From contig OY740801.1 in the NCBI GenBank assembly GCA_963514005.1, forward strand, positions 4,092,001 to 4,156,000: DNA of 64,000 bases, given 5' to 3'. Both the position numbers and the translations under genes were made by a program. This DNA comes from Raja brachyura (taxonomy: Eukaryota). The notes below the pieces were generated by a model that was given only the letters and a program-made list of their open reading frames with translations, was not told the origin of the DNA and searched no databases. This document shows positions 25,766 through 39,829 of the stretch, piece by piece (position 1 is the stretch's first letter; the number at the start of each line of letters is the position of its first letter).

Positions 25766-28700
25766 TTGATCATACCGGACGGGCAGATTTTCTAGGCTAT
25801 TGGATATTATTCCTCGTAAAATATGGCATTTCCAAATTAAGATGTTAAATGGTGATATAATAAATTTTCCATTAATTAAGCAATTTAAAAGGAACAGGGA
25901 AATGGGGCCCAAGTAACCAAGTTGTTGAACCATAAAATAGAGGATTATCAGAGATGGATGATCAAGATTCAATTTGTCACATGTACCAATTAAGGTACAG
26001 TGAAATTTGAAAAAAATAATGCTGCTGCAATCATGATTTTCCTACTACATTCAAGTATCCAAACATTATGTATTATTAAAATACATAAACATTTTTGTTT
26101 AGCCTATGAAAATATTCTTTATTCTCCACTACTATTGGTTTTGACAACAAAAAAAAATCAGAGAACTTGGAGCGGTGACCTTAAAAATGGAAGAGAAAAA
26201 AAAAACTATCTGAAGATATATTTACACCATGGAATCTGTCAACCCAGAATAAATTTGTTACAATGTATTAAATTAATTATTGAATTATTCTAAAACGGCT
26301 ATAGCTATAGACTAGAGATACCACTGGACTAGAGATGCTTCTGTTTTGGGATTCCAAACAATAGAAAGTAAAATGGCATGCTCAACAAAAATATTGCACA
26401 TCAAAAGATAAACACTATATTAAAAATCAGAGTAATTGACAAAATCCAAGGCTTTCTAACCCCAAAATTGGTTATGCTGATGTTAGAAGCAAAACACAGG
26501 CAAGTAAATTCATTGTTTTAGCTTAAGCATCAGTTTGCCATTTCACATGATCTTAAAATTAATAAGCTGAACTGGGAGAGGATGGATTACTGAAAAACAG
26601 GGCTGAATGTATACAACCCAACATGGATGTAGTTATATGCCCTCCTTGCAGTCCTTATAGCTACACTAAAAATTCTGCAGGATTCATTCCACTCCACAGC
26701 ACTTTCATGAGGCAGAACAGGCGATGAATGAAAACATGCTCATGCAAGCAGTGGAACCAAAAAACTAGGAAATTTAGAGATACTTCAAAAATCTTTCACA
26801 TTTATTTAAATAAAACACAAAATTTTGTTAAAATCCATTAAACAGTGAATTAAGAAACCGATGTATGATGGAGACACTTAATTGTATATCAGCCCTAGAT
26901 GGCATGAAGTAGAAGCACCAGATACCCAGTATATCTAACTCCTCAGGTCATTAGTACAGATCTAGTGAACTTGGAGTTCAGCAAGGTAGAGGGGAAGGAC
27001 AAATGTATGAAAGTTGAAGACATGCTGAGCTTCAGAGTTTGGGGGTTTGGGGGGGGGGGGGGGGAGGAATGGATGGAGACACGAAAACCAACAATATCTT
27101 TTGAATAACTGTTTGAACGCCATGATTACAGGAAAAAAGTTCAAAATACAATAACTAAATGAACATTGGGCATCAGCAAAAACCCATCTGGTTTATTAGA
27201 TTCCTTCAAGTAAGGAAATCTGCCACTGTAGCCACTGAATTGTATTCAACTCCGAATGCAACTCCTGAAATGGCCAACTCGGTTCAAGCAGAAACAGATC
27301 CTGTTAAAATAAATGTTTTTACGCATTTGGCCTTTTTTCTCAGGGGTTGAAGTATATTCATGATAGCTCATTCACAATGGCCTGACTAACGTTTGTATTA
27401 CGTCTCAGCGCCTTGAATTAGCAAAGATATTTCCCCTCTGCTCTATCAGATCCCCTTAACATCTTAAGCTTCCCGACTCATCCCACTACAGATTATTGTC
27501 CATATCAGATCTCAATATTTGGCTTTGAGCTTGCTCCCACACAGTAGCAAATGTTTATATTTGTGGTTGTCTTATTTACTCCAACCTTTCAATTAATATC
27601 GATGCAAGCGACTCCAGTTCTAAAAACTTATAAACAGAATCCAAAATACAAAGACAAGACCATGGAAAATATAAATAAATAGCAATATAAAAATCAAAAT
27701 TCAAGGTTCCTCTCCTCGACTATCCGACTTTTCTCTCCAATTAAAACTAATGGTTAGATTCCTAAAAAAAAAGTTGGCAAGCCCTGAAATAACTGTTCAT
27801 CAAACTCACGAGGGAAGCAAGAGGAAGTACAGATATGGTAATGTCTCACTGACCAATTCACTGATTCCAAGCTGACTGTAAAAGGACAGCTATCTCCAAA
27901 AAAATGAACGTGCCAAAAGCTGACTCAGAATGAGGTTCATTTTAATGATCAGAAAATTTATAATAGTTCTGGGATAGAACATCCTTAGATGAGTTGGAGA
28001 GTTGCTCTCTGCTTGATGCTCCACAAACTTTATTAAAAAGGGAAAATCCCAGTTCAGAAATGTATTTGAACAATCAAAAATGTAAAAATACATTAAGCTG
28101 CAAGTTAAAAACAAACCAACCAAACTAATAAATATATGGCTTCCTCCATTACTGTAGTCTTCACAACTGGTCTCTTAGTTTCAAATCTGTGTACCGAATC
28201 AGGATATCATACACTCACATTGAAGTTAAGAATATTTATAAATAATTGCATAAATTTAACAAAAATGGTGCACGCTTTAAAAATAGTTTCTCACACACTT
28301 GCTGGGAGTTGATAATAATCCTTCAACGCCTTACAAATCTGTAGAATGTGCTAATTACCAAGTTATCACGTCAAGAAAAAAATCTGATTACTTTAACTGA
28401 AACCCCTTGGCCCAAAGCACTCTAGTTAAATAAAATGAAAAAAGGAAAACACTGCAGTCAAAAGCTACATATGCCTAGGTTAACAGCTCTTCTACAACTA
28501 AAAATACCTTGATATCAGATAACATGGGTAGAATGGCAAAAAGCATGGGGAAGGGTTGCCAACCAGTGTTAACTGTCCATTTCCCTCCAGACTGTAAAAG
28601 GGGCCCAAACCAAGACTTTGCCTACCCATGTTCTCCAGAGATGAGTAGGCCTGATCCGAGTTACTCTAGCACTTTGGATCATCTTTTTTGTAAGCCAGCA

Positions 28701-29799
28701 TCTGCACTTCCCTGTTCTCCAGCATTTTGTTTCCACGGCAACACCCACATGATATGTACAGAACGGATCTGAATAATGAATAATTGTCAACACTAATTTT
28801 AAAAGATTTAAGTGCCTTGAAAACACAAGGCAGGGCAATTCAAAGGTTCATAACTTGAAGCTTTCTGAAAAGTGGGAATAACGATCGAATTTAATGTTCA
28901 AACTTTTACTTTATTTTGGCAAATTCATGAAGCAAACACACATTTCAACTCAACTGCAGTGTTAGCTCTGGCTCCATGGATAATGTTGTGAGCAGAGTTA
29001 GAAGGTTGTGGGCAAAGTTGGACTCAAGGGACCATTAGTGAGAAAGTGCTGCATTGCATGTCTGACCATCATTTGAGCTTACGCCTTCAGTCCTCGGGTG
29101 GATGTAAATGCTCCAGTGATGCCACTTCAAGAGTGGCAATACCACAGATGTGCTGGCCAATATTTATCTTTCATTTGGTCACCACTCTCGAACAAGAGTC
29201 GCTTATTTGGATCTTTAATTTGCTCTGCCAATCAACAGGATCATGCCTAGAGTGACCTGGACATTTGTACCCATCTCAGAGAAATAGTTAATATTTCAAG
29301 TTGATGACCTTTTTAAATCAAAACTGAATATTTCAAGCATTTTCAAGTTTTATTTCAGATTGCAACTTTAACTTTTCTATTATCGTGCTTGTCATAAAAT
29401 GAATTGTCTTTCCGACATGGGTTAGATAGAAACATAGATATTAGGTGCAGGAGTAGGCCATTCGGCCCTTCGAGCCAGCACCGCCATTCAATATGATCAT
29501 GGCTGATCATCCAACTTGGTATCCTGGACCTGCCTTCTCTCCATACCCTCTGATCCCCTTAGCCACAAGGGCTAAGAATATGAACACAAACTGCTGGAGT
29601 AACTCAGTAGGCCAGGCAGCATCTCTGCAGAGAAAGGAAAGGTTTATCTGTTATTTTAAATCAATGCCGTTAAAATTCCCCATTAAAGAACTCTGCTAAC
29701 ACTCTTAATTCACCATCTCAACATTTTCTTCCTATCCTTACAGAGTTTATAACTTGACACATTTAGTCCCAATCAATCAATTTGCTGCAATATTTTAAA

Positions 29800-30310
29800 A
29801 AAACTGCAGATGCTGGTTTACAAACAAAAAAATCCCAAAGTGCTGGAGTAACACAGCTAATCAAGGATGCAGCCTGACCCACTGAGTTACTCCAGCAATG
29901 TGTTTTATTTAAGATTCCAGCATCTGTAGTTACTTGTGTCATCTCCTCCGATGTAGTTCTTTTCTGTCTATTAACTGGCACAGCAGGTCAGGCAGCATCT
30001 CTGGAGAACATGGATACGGGACATTTCAGGCCAGTACCCTTCCTCAGACAGATTGTAATTGGAGGGGGTGAGAGAAGAAAGCTAGAAAACTAGAAGAAGG
30101 ATGGGACAAAATCAGGCACGTGCAGGTGGATGTGAGGGGGTTGATTGGCAGATGGTTAGACATAGGCCAGAGATGAAAAGACAAATAGTTTGAAAGGAGG
30201 AGGCAAGGATAGAAGTGCAAATGTGAAGCCAGAGGAAGGAATATAGGCATAAGGGGACTGGATGTGGGGGACGAGGGGAAAGGGAGAAATGGGTGTGCAT
30301 CCATCCATCA
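29800..30310 (-). mobile_element. Penelope-like repeat cluster, including a longer pyrimidine-rich (minus strand) segment
   Basis: Same GCTGGAGTAAC/GCAGCATCTCTGGAG family motifs, with a degenerate CTGAGGAAGGG...GAAATGTC core at ~30020-30049. Confidence 0.6.
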
Positions 30311-31482
30311 GGAGGAGAAATGGCAACAAGTTGTGCTGCCTCTATTATTAAACAGTTCTCACAAAAATAATCTCAACCCTATCAGCAAAAGAAAACATGT
30401 ATCAAGCAAGGAATGTATTTGAAACAAATTAAGACACTTATGCACCTATTAAATTGATCAAAATACATGGTCTTGTGCTCTATATTTTGACTAGACCATG
30501 CCAGTTTCATCATCAGTTCTTTACAATGAAGTCTCATTCCAAAGGGACTTTTTCTTTCCAAGAGTTGAAATTAATTTCTGTTTTTGTAAATCCTAAGAGG
30601 ATGCAAACTATTCCCATTAGTTACTAGGTACAAAATAAAATGTTAAACCTAAATTGCTATCAGCTGGCAAGTTATTATCCAAGTCTTCTATGCACTGCCA
30701 ACTCAAACTCAACAAGAGATTAATTCACGAGTTCTAGACCCAAGAAAAGCAGCTTGAATTATATTATATAGTGGAAAAAAATCAAGTACAAGATCAATGA
30801 CTACTGTATTGTCGATGCCAAACTTTGAGACTGTATACACAATATATTCACAAGTTGCAACGACTTTATGTACAATAAGAATTGACCATTTTGTAACTTG
30901 TACGCAACAGAGATGATTTTCTGGTAGTTTGGAATGTAGAAAAAATATTTTGGGTACAACTCTGAGTTCAGGGACAGGTTAAAAAGATATCGCATAGTGC
31001 CTCATATGGTATTTAATAACAACATCTGACATTCACAGCCTAAAGCAGCAGTGGAAAATATGATTAGAATTATACATTGGGAAGGGACAGTCAGTATTAG
31101 CAAATGTATCGCTGAGGCTCCTACCTCCGCTTATTATCCATGAATCTTGCTGGAAACATGCTAACAGATACGAGTTGTTAAGAATTGGTATTAAACAATT
31201 GTAAATATATTTGTATTGTCACTGCCAATTGGGAGGTAGCGCCTTATCTACATTATTCAGAGCTAAATTATTTTCTACATTGAATTCTAATATATTCTTA
31301 TGAACAGACTTTTTCTTAAATTTTGATCCCAAATCTAATTAAAAATCTATCAACTTAAAGACCATGTCAGATCAAGTTTATTGTCATATGCACAAGTACG
31401 CAGAGGTACAGATACACCAGAACATTTTCTGGCAGCAGAATCACAGGCACATAGACTCAAACACACAATTTTAACTATACAC

Positions 31483-31673
31483 TAGACACAAAAAGCTGGA
31501 ATAACTCAGCGGGACAAGCAACTGAGTTGCTGACAGGCTTCTTAAGAATGAAGAAGGGCCTCGATCTGAAACGTCACCCATTCCTTCTCTCCAGAGATGC
31601 TGTCTGTCCCACTGAGCTATAGCTTTTTGTGGCTATCATCGGTTTAAACCAACATCTGCAGTTCCTTTCTACA
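31483..31673 (+). mobile_element. Penelope-like repeat with inverted 5' segment
   Basis: Inverted AGACACAAAAAGCTGGA...CTCAGCGGGACA segment, then TGAAGAAGGGCCTCGATCTGAAACGTCACCC...GCAGTTCCTTTCTACA. Confidence 0.65.
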
Positions 31674-33386
31674 GATTAATTATACACAAGTCACACACGA
31701 TAATGCAAGACAATAGAAGGAATGAAGTCTGCAAAATAAAAACACATTTAGAAAGAAAAACAAGTCCATGGTAGTGGAAGGGGTAGTCTTTTGTTGAGGT
31801 TGGATTACGGTTGTGCAGGTTGGCTGAAGAACCTGATGGCTTTAGGAAAATAACTGTTCTAGGACTTCAGGCTTCTGTACTTCCTGCCTAACAGAAGCAG
31901 TGGGAAGATGGTATAGCCCAGATGGTGGGTATCCTCGATGATAGATCTTGGGGCAACTGCACCAGGTCATGTTGCAATCAGTCAGGAAAACCTCATCAGT
32001 AGAAATTTGTTAGAATTCAGTAATGTACCGAATTCCTGTAGACTTCTAATAAAGTAGAGGCCATGACAGACCTTCTTCATGATTACACCTGTCCTGGGCC
32101 CAGGAAAATGCAGCTGTTAACTTATTTCTCATAGATTTCCCACAAAATTAACCAGTTTCTTGTTGGACTAGAAGTATACACATGAAAGAAATGTCCTGCT
32201 TTGACCACACTCATCAACTTGATCTCAAAAAGCAACTAACAGTATGTTCACTTCAACTGCTGATAGATCTCCCTAACCCTCTAACCTCCCATATTTCAAC
32301 GACTCATGCATAATTTCCACATTTTACCATGCATTAGGACACCTTAAGTCCAAATAGAACTATTAGTAATAGATGTGTGATAGAATTCCACTATCACCCT
32401 ATTTTCCTGTCCCCCCCCCATCAGCTAGCCTTCAGTCCTATAGTTTTTCTCATTGAACAGCCTTTGTAACCTTTGACCTTGATCTTCTCTTTGATATAGT
32501 GCTCAACTTAATCTTGTACTATTTCTCAACTTTTAACCCTCAAAATTCCTCCACACCCACATTTCTTGCAAAATCAAAGGAGGCATCTGCTCATGTTGCA
32601 ACTAGAAACATACTAGTTTATATTTTGATACATAACACCATATATTTTAAATTGGTTTTTATTGGCTAAGCATCAAATTACTTCAAAATCAAAGCAATCT
32701 ATTTTTCCAAGAAAACCAATAAAAGTCTGAAATAAGTTTCCCTATCTTAGTCAAAATGAAGCCACATATCTATCAATGATTCCAAATCACAACGCTCCAC
32801 TTTTATTGATTTAAAAAAATATTCTTAATTCCTCCTTATTCTTAATTATTTTCATCTTTCCACTCTTTTATTTAAATATTTCTGCATTGTTACTTTCATA
32901 ATATTGCTGCTACAATATTAGTTTATGATTTTTGCTGAGCTATTTTTCACTGCTCTAATAATTGTTAGACTATTCTGAAATTCTCTGAATGCTGCAATGT
33001 AATACATCGACCAGGTGTCTGGTCGAAGTGAGAAAATAATTTAGTAATTCAGATTATCGTCTTTAAGCATCTGCCTTTTTCAATCCTTGCCAACGACCAT
33101 CTGATACATAATTTCATCCTTCCGTGTTATCCTGGGCCAGTTAGTTAGCATCAAAGACTTATTTGCTGCTTCAGCAGCTGCAGATTCTCACATCACCACC
33201 CAGCATACGTGCCTACTTGGATCGACATTAAATATCCCTTAGAATTCCTGGTTCCCACATATCTGCTGCTCTCAATACTTGGTAGAGATCATGGTATGAG
33301 AGATTTTGAGAGCTGCTTTTACAGTTCAGCAAATAGAAATATGCATTTTTCCTGTTTTCAAGTTGAAACATGAATTTATTTCCTTA

Positions 33387-33594
33387 CTAGACCAAGGGGG
33401 ACCCGTTTGGTCCCGTCCCCTCAATGCGGGGTGGGGGGGGGGGGGGGGTGAGATGGGTGGCCTTTGGCATCACACACACTAACCACCACACACTAACCCC
33501 GCCCCCCCCCCATATTATATTAATACTATTAATTCGCTCCTTTTACCCCATCCCCACCCTGTCCCCACACACACAAGTTTTAAAAGTATATAGA
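33387..33594 (-). mobile_element. Non-autonomous Helitron (208 bp)
   Basis: Minus strand A|TCTATATAC ... GGGACC-aaacg-GGTCCC hairpin ... CTTGGTCTAG|T. This gives a 5' TC, 3' CTAG, subterminal hairpin, insertion between A and T, and no TSD. Confidence 0.75.
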
Positions 33595-36484
33595 TATGAT
33601 AACTGCAGTGCATGTTATAGATAGCACATGTAGCAGCCACACTACACCCCAAGAGGTGGAAGTGAATGTTTATGATGGTTCGGCTGATAACCATGCAGGA
33701 TGTTTACCGTAAGGAAACTCTGCAGTAGTAATGCCATTGCAAAATAAGGTGGTTTAATCATAATGAATCCAAAATAGTCATAAGTGTTTACCTTCAAATT
33801 GACAAGCAGAAAAGATGCAAGTTTCTTTCTTCACTATAAATTCATAATGCTGCCCCCAGAATGAGTGACAGGATTGGGGGGCACTGTTGAATGGTATGAA
33901 GGGGAGATGAGATAATCTAGAAGTCAATAGTAACATTGAATCTCAAGAAGTCTACCAACAGAATAAATGGCCATTTTCAAGGCAGCTTAGACAAGATTCA
34001 CCAGCAGAATGAAATAATGCTGGTATTGTAAGTCGCCCACTCAGAAAGAGAACGTTGAATAGGAAAAAGAACAAGCAAAGTTTTTTACAGAGTACGAGTT
34101 TACAGCAGACTAAAACTGAATACTGATAGAAAAAGTCTGATCTCAGTAGTTTCGAAAACTAGAGGTCAACTTCCACCACATGTGACTCTCAGATACCATA
34201 TATCAAACCAGTTTAATTTGTAATCCTGGTGTGTATTCGTTTGCTTCAAAGGCAAGTTACTTCCAGATTCTCTTAATATTTCAGTTAAAGCACATCTTCA
34301 AAGATGGTACATGAAGTTATCGTGGAATAGGTCATTTACAAATCTATCCATATTGTGCAGACAGGCTGGAATATTAACACAAAATGTGATAGAGACTGGA
34401 AGTGCAAAATGGAAACATTACATAGCAATGCAGACAATGGCAGAGAGGGGAACAGTTAAGATAACAGGTCCATGACCATTTATCCAAACTGGAAACGTAT
34501 TTGAATAGAAAAATAAACAAACTAGAGGAAGTTGAGATTGGAGGAACCAAGAAAAGAGAACAAAAAGAGCTACGATATGTTGGACGATTGGAGAAATTAA
34601 AAGTTAGGTGATAACATGGATAATAACATGGATAATAAAAGCTATAAGTGCAAACCGATTATTTGAAATTAGTGAAAGAATTAAGGAATAGTGAATCTGG
34701 AATATCTGAAATTCTGAACTAGATATCAGAAATGCTCATTTTATGGAATTGTGCTCAGGAAGCTAGATGGATGCAGTGCTAATCCTTAAACCAGTTTTTA
34801 AGCTTTGTTGATTGTGGGAGAGAAGTGAGATAGAGAAAATTATGAAAATATTCTAATGAATTTTCAAATAAATAACGTAATGTTTCTGTTAGCGTAGACA
34901 GACCAGGCAGCAACTAGACAGACTGAATCAGTACTGACTTTTGTAAACGGGACATACCAGAGACAATATTCTCTATCATGTGCTAATGACAGTGCTGTAA
35001 CTGTTCTGGAACAGTTTATCCAGAATGATACCCTCTTTTAGGTTGCTAACCAACAGCACTACAGCCAAGAGTCTGATCGCCTTTGCTGAATCCCATGCTC
35101 AACCATTAACTTATATCATGTGAACAAATCAAATTTGCTGGAGACAGATTTCTAAAATGGTGGGTATCTCAGGAACAAGCTGTAGTGGATTATCTATTCA
35201 GCGCTTCTGGCTGAATACGATTGAAATTTTACTCAAACTATCATTCTCAAAGTCTCAGCAAAGTCTACCATTCCAAATTAAAATCCACAGGAAGTAAAAT
35301 TATATATAAGATGGCTGAACCAACTAATATGCATCCACTTTATAACAGTTTTCTCTAAGGATTATAACCAGTTCAGTGCCACCCCTGAATATACTCAGAA
35401 CTCAGAATACTCAGGCCAAGTGAAAAAAAACATGGCAGTGAATAGGTTAAAATACAAGTTCCAATCCCATTTGGAATTTTGCAAGGTATTTGCAACTTTT
35501 GGGCTTGCATAAGAAAATTAAATAGATTGTGACTTTAAAAAAAAACCCGTTGGCTCTCTAACACCATTTAAAGGAGGAAATTATTAGTTCTGTCCCAAAT
35601 GACGTCTGTTAAAACGGTCAGTACAAATGAAATTGGACAATTAGAGAGATATATACCAGGTACCAATAAATAGAAAAATCAACCCTATATCAATTTCTGA
35701 GTGCACTTGCAGGCTGAACTAAATAAAAACAGATGGATATAATGAGAATCAATAGCCTGCATTTTGCCCTGAACTGGCCTAGGAAATTCATTTCAGGTTC
35801 AAATCAAAGTGTGATGACTACATTGACCCGAGGTTGATCAACATCCAACACGACTTTGACATGTCATTGCATCAACCTCAAATAAATACAATCCATTTAA
35901 CTTTTAACACTCACAGCAAAAACTCAACCCAACAATGCCTTCCAAAATTTGATGACCCACTGAAAAGAAAAAGCACCTGACAATTAAACTATTTAAAAAC
36001 GTTGGTAATATATGCAAATGTTGTTCAACCACAAGGATAAATACTTAGAAGGAGGAAGAATGTAGACATTAACATCAACTTTAAGGCAGAAAATGCACCG
36101 CTGGTGTCATGGTGGTTGTGATGGGAGGGGAGTAAGTGGCATCTTATTTTAAGATAATGCTGAATCTCACAGAATATCAATAAACATTGCAACAAGATTA
36201 GGATTCCTCAAGAATGGCACCCAGATGGTAGAAGGAACAGCCAAAGTTGTGGTGAAGAGTAATGCACAAGTTTGGGTTCTGGATGATTTGAGGGCTAAGT
36301 TGAGGTTTGTGGTAATAGGGTGTGGAGAAAAGGGCGAAGACTTTTAAATTATAAATGCCAGCAGTTACACATGGAAATTCCACAAATTCCCTTTGTACAC
36401 ATCAGGAAATTGCGAATTCTCCCGTGAGCAAGTTGAAATGCACAAGTTCACAGCTTCCTCTACATTGCAATTTTACTCGTTGGT

Positions 36485-36759
36485 GATACGGCATGGAAAC
36501 AGGTCCACTAAGTCTGCGCAGACCAGCAATCACCCTGTAAGCCTGCACTATCCTACACACTAGGACAATTCACAATGTCCAGAAGCAAACTAACCTACAA
36601 ACCTGCATGTCTTTGGTGGGGTGGGGAGAACCTGAGCACCTAAAGAAAATCCAGAGTCACAGGGAGAACATATAAATTCCATACAGACAGCACCTGTATT
36701 CAGGATTGAACCTGGGTCTCTGGTGCTGTAAGGATGCAACTCTACCGCTGCACCACTGT
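36485..36759 (-). mobile_element. HE1-like SINE, full length
   Basis: Reverse complement of tail, central domain and tRNA head (CTCTACCGCTGCACCAC). Confidence 0.8.
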
Positions 36760-36908
36760 TTTTGACAGTGTGCATTGAGACAATGGGCTGAAGGACCCAT
36801 TTCCATGCTGCACCCCTTGGACTCAGTCTCTCAAAGTTACAAACCATTTAATAGAAATTGGATATCAGTTTGGTTTGAATATAGACACAAAATGCTGGAG
36901 TAACTCAA

Positions 36909-37560
36909 CCTATATTTCCCAACTTTTTAATGCTTTAAAATTTTAAAAACAGTCCGAAAACTCACCCATTTCGGAGAAAAAAACCCAAGTGATGTCACAA
37001 TCGACTCCAAGGCAGGATGGGTGGGAGGGGGCACTCCAGCGCTCGTGTGTAGACATTAACATCAACTTCAAGGCAGAAAATGTGCCGCTGGTGTCATGGT
37101 GGTTGTGACAGGAGCGGTGCAAGGTGGGAATGCAACAGGAAGCCGTTTATCGTCTCGAGGGGAAAAATTAGGCAGTGGGGGAGGTCAGGAGGGACAGTGG
37201 GATAGGGAGGGGAGAGGGGTTATGGAGGAAGTGACTGAGGGTAGGAGAAAGGAGAGGGAGGGAGAGGTGAAGGAGGGTGTTGGGGAGGGGAGGAGGAGAG
37301 GGGAAACAAGAAAGAGGGTGAAGAGCAGGGGAAGGGAGTGCTGGGGATGAGGGGGAATGGAGGAGGATAGGGGTAGGAAGAGGGATGGTGAGGGTATAGA
37401 AATATTAAACGCAAAATTATTAACAAACTTAATTTCTGCCGTTATTGAGGAGCCGTCTGCCGAGCATGCGTAGTTGGGGCTATGGGTCAGTGGTGAAATA
37501 TTGCGTTGGGGGACCAGACCTCCCGTGTGACACAGACCCAACGGGTGCCACTTGGTCTAG
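36909..37560 (+). mobile_element. Non-autonomous Helitron (~650 bp) sharing the same 3' end
   Basis: The 3' end ACCCAACGGGTGCCACTTGGTCTAG|T is near-identical to the 33.4-kb element. The 5' end A|CCTATATTT is a variant of TCTATA. There is an internal purine-rich tract at 37170-37400. Confidence 0.65.
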
Positions 37561-38983
37561 TACACTTTAAAACACTCCATAATTATGTCCATGCACATCA
37601 CAAAAAATAACAACTCTACCCTGATTATGCAAAATGGATTTTCTTCCTCATTTTATAAAAACAGAAATATTGCTACTAATTTACAGCAAAGGTGAAAATG
37701 CCAAAAGTCTAAGGCTGTGTGTTACAAGAACTCACTCACCAATTTTGCACCGCTCGCGTAGAAAACCACTAAGCACCTGATTAAGCAAAGCGTTACATGC
37801 ACCGAAAACATTTTTTATTTATATTTGCAAGAAAGGATAAATGGTCAATTGTGACAGAGGATAAAATCACCTCTCACCAAAGTATAGTGCTGGACTTCAC
37901 TGTATCATGTGGTACCAAGCCAAACACAAACCAGGAAGGTCCCAAGTTGTTCTGTGCCAAGTTATAAATGAAGTCTCCTGCTTGCTGCGGTACAGCTGGC
38001 AGAAATCCCCACAGCCCATCAATGCCTCAACTTAAGACAAGCCACAAGGAGGCATCGTTGGTGTGTGGGAAGCAACTTAGTCTAGACAGTTTCCCTTCCC
38101 TCAGGTTTATTAATAGAGAAGGCTTAGTGCAAGGATCTGAGAAGACTTGGAACCTACCCCTGGTCCTTTGTCCAGGATCCAACATTCTAGAAGACCAAGG
38201 CAGAGTATTTGTACTTGGCATCACGCAGGGCTACAGTTTATTATTCCTTCAACACTGGCACTTTTGAATTCAAAAGATTAAAAAGAAAAGTAACATAACC
38301 TAGAATCTATTGCAGTTTTAACCCATTGTTAAAATTTGGCGAACCAAGAGACCAAAAGCATTCATCAACTCTATATGCACTTGATGTCATTATCAGAACA
38401 TTCTGCTCCTCACCAGAATACAATAACATCCACAGAAATAAAAACAAAAATCATGGAAAATAGCCTGGTCTTAATTTTCTACTGTTATTGATAAATATCT
38501 ATCATAGATATTTATTATTAACAGTAGAAAATTACAGTCATTTTTATCGTGGAAAGAACATATTCAAAAATAGACTTGCACTTTCAGCTGCCTTAACGTT
38601 AGTTCACGTCTATTCAATGCCAGTGCCTCTCACCATCAGTCTCTTACAGCCAGCTGCATCCCAGAGTTCACTAAAAGCTATTCCAATGCAAACCCATTAA
38701 TTTCTACTTCTCCATTGAAAACTTCAGCAAACCCAGAATGTCAATTTAAGGAAATCTAAGCATTATGAGCCCAAAAAAGCCACCTCAATAAATAGAAACA
38801 AAAGTATTTTAGTGAAAGAATTAGTCTGCCTTATCAGTTGGCAAATTTATTTGGCAAGGATACTGGAAGACATTTAATCTAACACTTTAAAATTGTTAAG
38901 CTCACGGAAATATCAGTCAACAACATCTCCCGCTCAAATATCTATCATCTTCAATTAATTCATCACATTAGGATCAGTCTTAC

Positions 38984-39199
38984 CAGCTGAAACTCTCGTC
39001 TTCTGTTGTATGCCTCCTGGATTCCTGAATCTTGCCAGAGGGCTCGCAGTGCTGGCACATACAATTGAAATGTGGCTGGTTCGACTGGCATTCCACATTT
39101 GTTTTCAAATGCCATTACAAACATTCCATGCTTCTCATTTTCAGTGTTTTCCCAAGGAATGCCCAGCTTGTTTCTTGCATCCACCAAAACCTTCATACC
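38984..39199 (-). CDS. GNA12: GNA12 coding exon 2 (216 nt, helical domain)
   Basis: ttttacag|GGTATGAAG...TTTCAGCTG|gtaaga. Encodes [72 protein letters not shown]; the EKHGMF and [13 protein letters not shown] segments are Galpha12-type. Confidence 0.96.
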
Positions 39200-39829
39200 C
39201 TGTAAAACAAGGGAATTAAAAGATGGACCATCATTTAAGTCTTTGCCATCTCCATATTGTTTTTCTTTAAATCAAGACTAGAATTCAGTCTGCCTTTAAG
39301 ATGATCAACATATGATCAGATTGGCCGGTGAAGGCGAGGGCTGGAGTGAGAGACACACTTGATGGTGGTGTATCAGTGATCAAGTGTATTAATGCCGCCT
39401 GGGGTAGGGGATATGATGATGATATTTGGGGAATATATTTCGGACCTTAACCTCATTGAAGTCAATGCTAAACAGGGAGATAACGACTGAATATAATTTG
39501 TTCAGTGCCATCTTGGCATTGGTTTAGAATGGCATGCAGACCACTAGCAAGGTGGCAGAGATGAATTAGCTTTGTAGATAAGTGGACAGTATTTTGCAAA
39601 CAGGTATTCCAGGTCAGGGAAGCAGAATTGAGCTATGACCATCACATCAATGCACCATGAAGCATTGACCAACAAAAAAGATGATGCCTGTATGTCACCC
39701 TTGTCGAAGGATTCTGTACGGTCCATGGAATAAATGTTTAAAAAACCCAGGTTGTATAGCAGGGTCAGGTGAACTAGGGACAAGTAATGTTTCAGTGAAA
39801 CAAGAACACAGTAGTCCCTGATGTTTGGG

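Noticed and set aside
27041-27067. Poly-G runs as functional G-quadruplexes (also 53525-53543)
   Set aside because: They are simple homopolymers, C-rich on the transcribed sense strand and prone to sequencing length error, with no further support.
33007-33026. Small palindrome TCGACCAG-gtgt-CTGGTCGA
   Set aside because: An 8-bp stem is expected by chance in 64 kb.
37096-37541. Pro/Ser-rich and Gly/Glu/Arg-rich ORFs (also 40523-40840 and 30044-30304)
   Set aside because: They arise from purine or pyrimidine low-complexity tracts inside repeats.
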